NCBI GenBank assembly: GCA_020854925.1
Contig: JAHKLV010000093.1
Span: 1 to 44,774, forward strand
DNA from: Candidatus Methanofastidiosia archaeon
GTDB taxonomy: Archaea > Methanobacteriota_B > Thermococci > Methanofastidiosales > NM3
Direction: 5' to 3'
DNA: 44,774 nucleotides
Below, piece after piece: positions 26,736 through 34,697 of this stretch; the first letter of the stretch is position 1; every line of letters starts with the position of its first letter. The notes under the pieces were generated by a model. That model saw nothing but the letters and a program-made list of their open reading frames with translations, was not told the DNA's origin and did not search any database. Both the position numbers and the translations under genes were made by a program.

Positions 26736-27589
26736 GAGGTGGCTCCCCTGTCGACTGGAACGATGAGTGGAATGCACGCCTGGATAGCAATATGTCTTCG
26801 CGGGCGTGGGGGGACTGTGCCTCGATGTGGGTGACAAAAGAGCAAGCGCTTGCCTATCTCAGGATGTCACGGGAGGATGAAGGTCGCACGAGAGAGGAAT
26901 TGAACTCCTTGCCCCTTACCCCGGGCTCACGTGTTCTGGACATCGGTGCAGGGCCCGGTACCCTCGCCCTACCCCTCTCACGAATGGTGGCGCACGTTAC
27001 CGCCGTGGAGCCTGCAGAAGGCATGATTGGAGTGCTCAGGGAGCGCCTTTCCCAGGAATCGGTGACAAACGTGGCATGTATACAGAAGCGTTGGGAGGAT
27101 GTCTCAGTGAAACGGGAGCTGCCTCAACCGTACGACGTTGTCATCGCTTCGTATTCACTAGGAATGAAGGATATTCGAACAGCGCTCTCTGCCATGAACC
27201 TCGCTTCATGCGCCTGGGTCTACATATATTGGTTTGCGGGCATGAAATCATGGGAACAACTGATGGCAGACGTGTGGCCCCGGCTTCATGGGAGGAAATA
27301 TCAACCTGGGCCAAAGGCAAACGTCATCTTCAACGTCCTTTATGACATGGGGTATTGCCCCTGCATCGATGTCGAGCGCGTTGAGCGCACCAGGGAGTAT
27401 GGTTCGCTCGATGAGGCAGTCGCTGACTTTAGTCAGCGATTCCGTATCGATACGTCGGAACAAAGGTGTGAGCTAGCAGCGTATCTTCAGGATACACTCG
27501 AGCGTGAACATGCACGCTATGTCTACCATGGTTTTCACAATCGTGTCAAACTGTGGTGGCATGTGCATGATTCAAAAGTTATAGACTAG
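26726..27589 (+). CDS. Class I SAM-dependent methyltransferase embedded in the ABC operon
   Basis: VLDIGAGPGTLALPL motif I, VTAVEPAEGM; start ATG 26726 or ATG 26732 (ATGA overlap with the ATPase stop). Confidence 0.7.
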   Translation: MPMRGGSPVDWNDEWNARLDSNMSSRAWGDCASMWVTKEQALAYLRMSREDEGRTREELNSLPLTPGSRVLDIGAGPGTLALPLSRMVAHVTAVEPAEGMIGVLRERLSQESVTNVACIQKRWEDVSVKRELPQPYDVVIASYSLGMKDIRTALSAMNLASCAWVYIYWFAGMKSWEQLMADVWPRLHGRKYQPGPKANVIFNVLYDMGYCPCIDVERVERTREYGSLDEAVADFSQRFRIDTSEQRCELAAYLQDTLEREHARYVYHGFHNRVKLWWHVHDSKVID

Positions 27590-28813
27590 GTGAACCGTAT
27601 GAACGTACTACGAAAGGGACTCATATACGCAATGATGGCCATCCTATTACTCTCCTTGGCGGCAGCTGGATGCATAGGCAAGGCTGAAACGGGGGACACA
27701 TCACCGAATGCCCAGCCAACTACCCGCACGATTACCGATATGCGGGGCGTTGAGGTCACGATTCCCGCGACACCCTCGCGTGTTGTCGATATCAGCAGGG
27801 GTCTTGTCGATGAGGTCATGTATATCTTTGGGCTTGATGATACCATTGTAGGAGGTAGTTTTTATCAGGGGTCGGTGAAGCCGGGCGAGTATGTATGGGA
27901 TGACGTAGACTATACCGTCAACACGTACATTTCGATGGTGCTCATGCCACGCCTTGCCGATGCGAGCGAGGTCACCAACGTGGGTGGCTTCGGGGGACCT
28001 TATGGTGGTGTCCCTAAAGTTGAGACCGTTCTCTCCCTCGAACCGGATCTGCTTATCCTGCGTGATTTTGGCGGGGATGACGAAAACACCTCGAATTTTA
28101 TCTCGCTCATTGAGGAAGTTGGCATACCAGTCGTTGTGCTCAAGTACCCCGATTGCTATGCCGTTCCATCCCCCGATAGCATTTACGAGGAAGTACGAGT
28201 ACTAGGGGCAGTATTTGGGTATGAGGAATCTGCAGAATCCATCATTGTTACAATGAAAAGCCGGGTAGATACCGTCATAGAGCGCACATCAACGGTCCCC
28301 GTTGATGAGCGGCCCTCAGTCCTGTTCTTTGGAGCGCCTACCTGGGCAGGAGACCAAGGTGGCGTGGGTGTCGCTTTTGGAACTGGCACTATCGAAGTTG
28401 CTTTCCTCAACTCTGTGCTTCACGGATGCTCGGCGTACACGGGAAGTGGCCGTACCCTTGTCTCCTCTGAGCAGGTTCTTGCCATGGACCCCGATGTAAT
28501 ACTACTCCCCACCTGGAGCGGGTACCACCCCCCTCGCCAGCTCTATGAAGCAGCATACAGCGAGATTGCGGACTTGCGCGCCCTGCGGGAAGGGTCAGTC
28601 TATGCCCTTGCCACCACACCAGTCAACTCACAGAGGCTCGAATTTTCCATCAACCTCATGATAGCTGCCAAGGCACTGTACCCCTCACTCTTTGATGACA
28701 TCGACCTCGGTACGTGGATACGTGCGTACCTCTCCGAGTTGTACGGCACCGACGAGGCAATGATAGAAGGGATGGTGGATGCCCTTATGCTCGCGTATCT
28801 CGAGATAGCATAA
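27590..28813 (+). CDS. Substrate-binding protein, periplasmic-binding-protein type 2 (FhuD/BtuF-like), probable lipoprotein
   Basis: Signal/lipobox-like LLLSLAAAGCIG, LEPDLLIL motif; GTG 27590 or ATG 27599 start. Confidence 0.75.
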   Translation: MNRMNVLRKGLIYAMMAILLLSLAAAGCIGKAETGDTSPNAQPTTRTITDMRGVEVTIPATPSRVVDISRGLVDEVMYIFGLDDTIVGGSFYQGSVKPGEYVWDDVDYTVNTYISMVLMPRLADASEVTNVGGFGGPYGGVPKVETVLSLEPDLLILRDFGGDDENTSNFISLIEEVGIPVVVLKYPDCYAVPSPDSIYEEVRVLGAVFGYEESAESIIVTMKSRVDTVIERTSTVPVDERPSVLFFGAPTWAGDQGGVGVAFGTGTIEVAFLNSVLHGCSAYTGSGRTLVSSEQVLAMDPDVILLPTWSGYHPPRQLYEAAYSEIADLRALREGSVYALATTPVNSQRLEFSINLMIAAKALYPSLFDDIDLGTWIRAYLSELYGTDEAMIEGMVDALMLAYLEIA

Positions 28814-28871
28814 GGACTATCAATGGGCACGCGTCGTGCAGTGTCCGTTAGAACGATTAAGAGGTAAGACT

Positions 28872-29630
28872 ATGAAGATAGTTATCTGTGGAAAAGGAGG
28901 AAGCGGCAAAAGCACCATCGCCACGCTTCTAGCAAACGATTTTGTTGCAGCAGGAAAAAAGGTCGTCCTTGTGGATACCGACGAGTCCAACAAGGGGCTT
29001 CATCGGTTGGTAGGGACGACACCACCCCGGGACCTTATGGATCATTTAGGCGGAAAGAAGCACGTGATTGAAGCCATGCGGTCATCTCCGCGTGAATCCT
29101 GGCCTATGAATTCGCTCACGAAAGGATTCACCCTTGATTATTTCCCCGAAGCGTATGTTAGCCGAACTCGTTCGGTACGCCTGGTGTCCATAGGCAAGAT
29201 TCATGATTTTGGCGAGGGGTGTGCCTGCCCAATGGGGATGCTGGCGAAAACTTTTCTTGAGGGCCTCACCCTTGCCCCAGATGAGGTTGCACTGGTGGAC
29301 ACCGAAGCTGGTATCGAGCATTTTGGGCGGGGGGTAGAAGAGCGTGCAGATGCAGTGCTCATGATCCTCGACCCTTCGTACGAGTCTGTTCTCCTTGCCA
29401 AACAGGTCGCTGAGTTGGTGGGTGTCAAGGGCATTCCGCTCTACTATCTTATCAACAAGGCAGATGAGCAAGTGGCAGACCACATCCGTTCCGCCCTTTC
29501 TGAAGACCCGCGAATCGTAGGTGTTATACGACCGGACGAAACCATTTTGGTCAGTGGATTAAAGGGGGATAGCCTCGTTGGAGGGCATCCGGTGACTGCC
29601 GCTTTTGTTGCTAAGATGGTATCGGGCTGA
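28872..29630 (+). CDS. CooC/AcsF-type MinD-family ATPase (metal-centre maturation factor-like)
   Basis: Deviant Walker A CGKGGSGKST and CxC metal motif GEGCACPM, characteristic of CooC. Confidence 0.7.
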   Translation: MKIVICGKGGSGKSTIATLLANDFVAAGKKVVLVDTDESNKGLHRLVGTTPPRDLMDHLGGKKHVIEAMRSSPRESWPMNSLTKGFTLDYFPEAYVSRTRSVRLVSIGKIHDFGEGCACPMGMLAKTFLEGLTLAPDEVALVDTEAGIEHFGRGVEERADAVLMILDPSYESVLLAKQVAELVGVKGIPLYYLINKADEQVADHIRSALSEDPRIVGVIRPDETILVSGLKGDSLVGGHPVTAAFVAKMVSG

Positions 29631-29652
29631 GAAGGCCCGATTCTTTTTTCTT

Positions 29653-29835
29653 TTATACCCGTGTTATCTTTGCTTCAGCCTCGTCAAGCATCTTGGTGCA
29701 TGTCACCACTATTTCCTTTCCCTTTTCAAAGAGTTCCACGGCTATTTCTAAGGGAAGGTCCCCTTGCTCGAGGGATGACACAATCATTTCCAGTTCCTTG
29801 ATGCCATCCTCGAAGCTGGCCAGTTCATTGTTCAT
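29653..29835 (-). CDS. xseB: Exodeoxyribonuclease VII small subunit
   Basis: MNNELASFEDGIKELEMIVSSLEQGDLPLE... matches the XseB helical hairpin; AGGAGG SD 5 nt upstream of ATG 29835. Confidence 0.75.
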   Translation of the reverse strand: MNNELASFEDGIKELEMIVSSLEQGDLPLEIAVELFEKGKEIVVTCTKMLDEAEAKITRV

Positions 29836-31048
29836 GGTATTCCTCCTTTTCAATGATTTTTGCGGTCAGTGATCCGTTTTTCACCCTGATAGACACTATG
29901 TCGCCTTCGTGCACATCCTTGGTGGTCCGCAGTGCCTGCCCGTCCTTCATGACGATACAATATCCGCGCTCTATGACGGCAAGGGGGTCGAGCGTGACAA
30001 GCTTGCCTTCAAGACGCTGGACGAGATGGCGCTGCCGGTCGATATGTCGCCGGTATGCCGCATCGAGTCGCTCGGCACCGAATGCCGCCCCCTGGCGGTG
30101 TCGGTCAAGCACCATCCGTGGATGGACCGTTTCCATGCGTGCCAGGAGGGCGGCCAGTTCCGACCTTCTCATATGGAGATACATGGCGGCCACCGAGCGT
30201 GACCGTGCATGGAGCAGCTTGAGCCGGTCGAGCTCTTCTGACATGTTGCGCGTCACAAGCACCGCCGCCTGTGTGGGCGTTGTGGCGGCCACGTCTGCCA
30301 CGTACTCGGCTATGGTATGGTCAATCTCGTGCCCGACACCGCAGATGACGGGTATTTTGCATGTGGCAATGGTGCGTGCCACCTCCTCCTCGTTGAACGG
30401 CCAGAGCTCCTCGATGGAACCGCCGCCTCGTGCCAGGATGATGGTGTCAACCCCTGGTATCCCTTCAGCCTTTTTCAGTGCCGAAACGATGTCGTCTTTT
30501 GCATACATGCCCTGGACTTTAGCAGGTACGACCACCAGCTCGACGAAGGGGTTCCTGGCAATAAGCTGATTGATGATGTCCTGGAGCGCTGCACCTTCCG
30601 GGGAGGTGACAACGGCTATTTTTTTGGGGTATTGCGTTGGTTTTTTCTTTCTTCCGAGGTCAAAGAGCCCCTCTTTTTCCAACATCTCCTTGAGCCGGAG
30701 AAAACGGGCATAGAGGGCCCCTTCCCCTTGGTCCTGCACCGTCTCGACAATACAGGTCAGCTTGCCGTAGGGCGCGTAAAAATCGATATAGCCCGTGACC
30801 ACCATGGTCTTGCCTTCTTGGGGCAGGCAGGCTGCTGCTCCCGCCCGATTGGAGAAGAGGGCGCAGCTGATTCTCGCCGCACTGTCCTTGAGCTCAAAGT
30901 AGTAGTGGCCATGGGAGGGCGATACGCGAAAGATTTCCCCAACAACACGTACCCCGCGCAGGTCTGGATTGGCAGAAAGGGTCTTTTGTACAAGGGCGCA
31001 CAGTTCGGAAACGGTCCGTACCGGTTCCTCCGCGGGGGTAAGCTTCAT
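29825..31048 (-). CDS. xseA: Exodeoxyribonuclease VII large subunit
   Basis: N-terminal OB fold, catalytic core VVTSPEGAALQDI...ARGGGSIEELWPFNEE...GVGHEIDHTIAEYVAD; start ATG 31048 in ATGA overlap with the upstream gene. Confidence 0.85.
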   Translation of the reverse strand: MKLTPAEEPVRTVSELCALVQKTLSANPDLRGVRVVGEIFRVSPSHGHYYFELKDSAARISCALFSNRAGAAACLPQEGKTMVVTGYIDFYAPYGKLTCIVETVQDQGEGALYARFLRLKEMLEKEGLFDLGRKKKPTQYPKKIAVVTSPEGAALQDIINQLIARNPFVELVVVPAKVQGMYAKDDIVSALKKAEGIPGVDTIILARGGGSIEELWPFNEEEVARTIATCKIPVICGVGHEIDHTIAEYVADVAATTPTQAAVLVTRNMSEELDRLKLLHARSRSVAAMYLHMRRSELAALLARMETVHPRMVLDRHRQGAAFGAERLDAAYRRHIDRQRHLVQRLEGKLVTLDPLAVIERGYCIVMKDGQALRTTKDVHEGDIVSIRVKNGSLTAKIIEKEEYHEQ

Positions 31049-31461
31049 CTGCATCGGTATTCCTCCCACCTGACGCTTCCGCGTTCAATGGCCTCTTTCA
31101 GGCTCCGCTCTACGGGAGAAAGGCGAGACGAACCGGTTTTCACCTCCACAAAGACGACCTCCTCAACACCCTTGCCGTCAAGTCCCTCAAAGACGATGAA
31201 GTCCACCGGTTTACCTATGAATCGTGCCTCGGAGGGATTGTGGCCAAAATTGGGTAGGTACGGCGCAAGCTGTTCATTCACCTGGCCGGCAATGACCGCC
31301 CTTGAACGTGTTGCGACATCTTTTCTCATGCTGGGAATGGAGCGTTCCCACGCCCTGTTTGCCTTGAGCATGCCGTAATGTGTTCCGATAAAGATGCCGA
31401 TAAGGGTGGAGACGATTACTGCCACGTAATATTGCCAGTCCATAGGCACCCTTATGTCCAT
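31045..31461 (-). CDS. Membrane-anchored Holliday-junction-resolvase-like endonuclease (Endonuc_Holl / COG4741-like)
   Basis: N-terminal TM helix YYVAVIVSTLIGIFIG, then PVDFIVFEGL...VVFVEVKTGSSRLSPVERSLKEAIERGSVRW, which is the restriction-endonuclease-like core. Confidence 0.6.
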   Translation of the reverse strand: MDIRVPMDWQYYVAVIVSTLIGIFIGTHYGMLKANRAWERSIPSMRKDVATRSRAVIAGQVNEQLAPYLPNFGHNPSEARFIGKPVDFIVFEGLDGKGVEEVVFVEVKTGSSRLSPVERSLKEAIERGSVRWEEYRCR

Positions 31462-31504
31462 ATCCTTATCTGTGTTGTGGTGGCGAGGTGGTAACGAGAA
31501 CGAG

Positions 31505-31592
31505 TGGTGCGGGGGAAGGGATTTGAACCCTCGAACTTCTACAAGACTAGGCCCTGAACCTAGCGCCTTTGACCAATCTCGGCAACCCCCGC
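31505..31592 (-). tRNA. tRNA-Leu (anticodon CAG), long variable arm, genomically encoded CCA
   Basis: Hand-folded reverse complement: GCGGGGG/CCCCCGC acceptor, CTAGG-TTCAGGG-CCTAG anticodon arm, 12-nt variable arm, GAGGG-TTCAAAT-CCCTT T-arm, ACCA tail. Confidence 0.9.
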
Positions 31593-31714
31593 ACTATATG
31601 GTGCAGATGAACGTATGTGAATGCGTATTAAAGCTTTTTGCTTTGGGCGATGACCTTTCGTTCGGTGCCGTTGTCCCGTGTTCGAGCGATGGCACCCCCG
31701 GGTACCGATACCCG

Positions 31715-32575
31715 CTATGGGGGTATGAAGACAAAGGAACGGACAATCATTTCCTGGTCTTGGCCGTCTTCGGGCGTCCTTCCCGAATAAAGGTAATAGT
31801 TGAGGTGGACCGATTCACCCGCAGGAACAGGCACGTCGCCGGTATACGTCCATGAAGCGTAGGTAAAGCGGGATGCAGCGGGGTCTGAGACATGGCCGGG
31901 GAGCGCATGGAATGTTATCGCGTCTTCTGTCCATTCAAAGAGAAGGGTCGAGAGCGCGGGCATCGGTCCGATGGTCCGCCAAGCGATGCGTCCGTGATAC
32001 GCCGGTTGGACGACAAACTGCACGACCGGCCTTGCGTTTCTCACAAGTACCTCAATGTCAATCTCGTTGTAGTGGGCGGTATCGGCGCCGTATGTGAACA
32101 GACCGAGTACCACATGGGGGTCTATGTCGTCAAGCGGGGTATCGAGAAAAAAGACATAGCTGCCGTACCCGAACGTTTCATGGGATATGACTTCTGCGGC
32201 ATACCATGTCCCGTCACGCTCCCTGATGGCAAGATGAAGGCGTCCCGCCTCGTCTACCCATACCGAATCACCCTTTTGTGAGAAATGGTTGTACTGGGGG
32301 CCGACACGGTATGGGGCATACTTCACCGACCATTCGATGCCTGAAAAGAGCACGGTCTCTTGGATTCCTGCCGAGTCGGAAGGGCCCATTGGGGGGTACA
32401 TCAGCACCGGTTCTGTTCCTTGTGGTGGGGCGACCGGAAATCGCGTCCCAAGGGGGAGGGGGGGTGCGGTGATGCCCACGGCGGGGGGATGCGGCCCCAT
32501 GTATGCCGCGGCAACGCTTCCAACCAAGGCCACAAGCACAAGGGCAAGCACCACTTTCCCTGGTCGAAAGCGCAT
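31715..32575 (-). CDS. Secreted/anchored GH16-like (concanavalin-A-like glucanase fold) protein
   Basis: N-terminal hydrophobic signal VVLALVLVALVGSVAAA, Pro-rich linker, GH16 catalytic-type motif NEIDIEVL (ExDxxE). Confidence 0.6.
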   Translation of the reverse strand: MRFRPGKVVLALVLVALVGSVAAAYMGPHPPAVGITAPPLPLGTRFPVAPPQGTEPVLMYPPMGPSDSAGIQETVLFSGIEWSVKYAPYRVGPQYNHFSQKGDSVWVDEAGRLHLAIRERDGTWYAAEVISHETFGYGSYVFFLDTPLDDIDPHVVLGLFTYGADTAHYNEIDIEVLVRNARPVVQFVVQPAYHGRIAWRTIGPMPALSTLLFEWTEDAITFHALPGHVSDPAASRFTYASWTYTGDVPVPAGESVHLNYYLYSGRTPEDGQDQEMIVRSFVFIPP

Positions 32576-32654
32576 ATAGTATCCAGGGGGTGCGCGCTAC
32601 TTAAGCCTTGCGAGGGCGTAACAGTCACGGCTGTGCACATACCGTATCCTCCCC

Positions 32655-33150
32655 TTATGTGCATTCACATGCGAACCCCATTGCTCCCCATGCCGGATGC
32701 ACGCTTACATCCTCTCTCCACTTCGCAAACGCCCCGGGGAATACCTTCCGTATCACGGTACAGGTGGCGTTGACGTCCGCGTTGATGGGCGTAACGGTTC
32801 CCGACACGAAGAGCCCGCGGTGCCGCGCCTCCCCGCGTATTCCTCGCCGTGCGTGAGGGTGTGGTGGACGTTTTTTGCCGTGCGGCACCAGTACGGGACG
32901 TGACCACCCTTACGAGCAACCCTCTGCTGTGCGTGACTAGCATGGCACAGGCGCGAGTACGGTGCATCTATCACCGGTACGAGTGTACGGCAGTAACATG
33001 AACAGGCACGTTATGTCCCCAGGGGGGAACGTTATGTTCAGATGTGACTTTTTGTGCGATGCCACAGCACAGCCACGAAAGGTTTATATTGATGCATCCG
33101 ACTGTTCCCCGTATAGGTGTGTGATATGTACCAATTTTGACTGTTGCACC
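32655..33150 (-). pseudogene. Degraded TnpB (IS200/IS605 OrfB family) C-terminal remnant
   Basis: Fragments are spread over three minus-strand frames. They read VKIGTYH..ININLS, FVAVLWHRTKSHI*, IDAPYSRLCH, EEYAGRR and HRGLFVSGTVTPINADVNATCTVIRKVFP. The last resembles the RGLF...INADVNGAxNIxRK C-terminus of IS605-type OrfB. Several frameshifts and stops are present and no N-terminal half is seen. Confidence 0.55.
33076..33090 (+). promoter_or_regulatory. Candidate BRE/TATA promoter (CGAAAGGTTTATATT) upstream of pheS
   Basis: Near-identical to the tfs element AAAAGGTTTATAT; lies ~110 nt upstream of the pheS start and inside the TnpB remnant. Confidence 0.4.
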
Positions 33151-33200
33151 CGGACTCGCGAACCCATACATGAGGATGCCGTCTGGCAGGGGGTCTCTTT

Positions 33201-34697
33201 TTGAATAATGGAACTGTGAATGCCTTGACCAATGAAGAAAAGAAGGTGCTGCTTCTCCTGCTTTCGTCGGAAACCGGCGCGGCGTCCCCTGAGGCGCTTG
33301 CATCCGGCGATATGGTGGCTGTCGCCATACACCGCGCCTCCCTTGGCCTTGCCTCCCGTGGTTTCATCACCATTGAAGAATCGGTGAAGACCACGCTGCG
33401 TATCACGAACGAGGGCGAGGAGCTGCGATCGGTTATACCCGAACGTGCCGTTGCCGAGGCCATACGCGCCACCGGGGGCACGAGCGCCTATCTTGACGAA
33501 CTGGCAATCGACAAGCGCCTTTCCGGCATCGCCTTGGGATGGCTCAAGAAACGCCAGTGGGCGGAAATGGAAAAGGAAGGCGGCCGCATGCGCGTCACCC
33601 TCACCGAACCTGCCATCGAGGCGCTCGGACGCCCGTCCCCGCTCCAGGATGCGCTCGAACGTATCGCCACCGAGGTCGTTATGCTGGAAGAGGTTGACGC
33701 CTCCATCGTCTCGGACCTCAAGTCCCGCAAAGCCATCGAGATGCGAACCGAGCGTACGAGGACCCTGGTCCTTACCGACGCAGCACGGGCAGTAGACCCT
33801 GCTTCCATCATCATCCGCGAGGAGGTGACCCAGCTTACCCCCGACCTTGTGCGCAACGGGCGCTGGAAGGACGTGCAGTTCAAGCGCTTCGACGTGAGCG
33901 TGCCCGTAAAGCCGTTGTATCCCGGCAAGAAGCAGCCGTACCTTGCCTTCCTTGACAGCCTCAAGGCGCAGTTTGTCGCCCTGGGATTCCAAGAGATGCG
34001 CGGACCACTCATCGAAACGGAGTTCTGGAACTTTGACGCACTCTTCCAACCGCAGAATCACCCTGCCAGGGACTGGACCGATACCTACCGGCTCATCTCA
34101 CCAAAGCAGGGACGATTGCCGGATGACGGTACCGTCGAGGCAGTGAAGCGTTCGCACGAGTCGTCGTGGAAGTATGTGTGGGACCCGGAAAAGGCTCGGA
34201 ATCTCATGCCCCGTGCCCATGGAACATGCCTGTCGGCGCGCCAGTTGCACGCTGGCGTTTCGCTTCCCGGCAAATACTTTTCGATTGCCCGCTGTTTTCG
34301 CCCCGATGTCCTTGACCGCACCCACCTTATCGAATTCAATCAGATAGAGGGCATCATCTGTGATGAAAGCCTTACCTTCCGCAATCTGCTTGGTGTCCTC
34401 AAACAGTTTGCCGAAGAGATAGCGGGTGCCAGGCAGGTACGATTCTATCCCGATTACTATCCCTTTACCGAACCGTCGGTCCAGATGTCTGCAAAACATC
34501 CCGACCTTGGATGGGTGGAGTTTGGCGGTGCAGGCATCTTCCGGTCCGAGTTGACACGCCCTCTTGGCGTTGAGGAACCGGTCATAGCGTGGGGTCTCGG
34601 TGTTGACCGCCTCGCCATGTTCAAGCTGGGAATCGACGATATCAGGTATCTCTTCTCAGACGACATCACATGGCTTCGACGAGAGGTGATGATGTAA
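33201..34697 (+). CDS. pheS: Phenylalanine-tRNA ligase alpha subunit
   Basis: Class II motifs: FQPQNHPARD, HGTCLSARQL, FRPDVLDRTHLIEFNQIEG, GAGIFRSE. Non-ATG start (TTG 33201, or GTG 33213, or TTG 33222). Confidence 0.9.
   Translation: MNNGTVNALTNEEKKVLLLLLSSETGAASPEALASGDMVAVAIHRASLGLASRGFITIEESVKTTLRITNEGEELRSVIPERAVAEAIRATGGTSAYLDELAIDKRLSGIALGWLKKRQWAEMEKEGGRMRVTLTEPAIEALGRPSPLQDALERIATEVVMLEEVDASIVSDLKSRKAIEMRTERTRTLVLTDAARAVDPASIIIREEVTQLTPDLVRNGRWKDVQFKRFDVSVPVKPLYPGKKQPYLAFLDSLKAQFVALGFQEMRGPLIETEFWNFDALFQPQNHPARDWTDTYRLISPKQGRLPDDGTVEAVKRSHESSWKYVWDPEKARNLMPRAHGTCLSARQLHAGVSLPGKYFSIARCFRPDVLDRTHLIEFNQIEGIICDESLTFRNLLGVLKQFAEEIAGARQVRFYPDYYPFTEPSVQMSAKHPDLGWVEFGGAGIFRSELTRPLGVEEPVIAWGLGVDRLAMFKLGIDDIRYLFSDDITWLRREVMM

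Noticed and set aside
31454-31855. 133-aa plus-strand ORF spanning the tRNA-Leu locus
   Set aside because: It overlaps a cleanly folding tRNA on the opposite strand and the 3' end of the GH16-like gene, and it has no motifs.
32576-33200. SRP RNA or RNase P RNA in the large gap before pheS
   Set aside because: Conserved motifs are absent on both strands (RNase P GAGGAAAGUCC-type CR-I; SRP helix-8 GGAA/AGCA elements). Protein-like TnpB fragments explain the region better.
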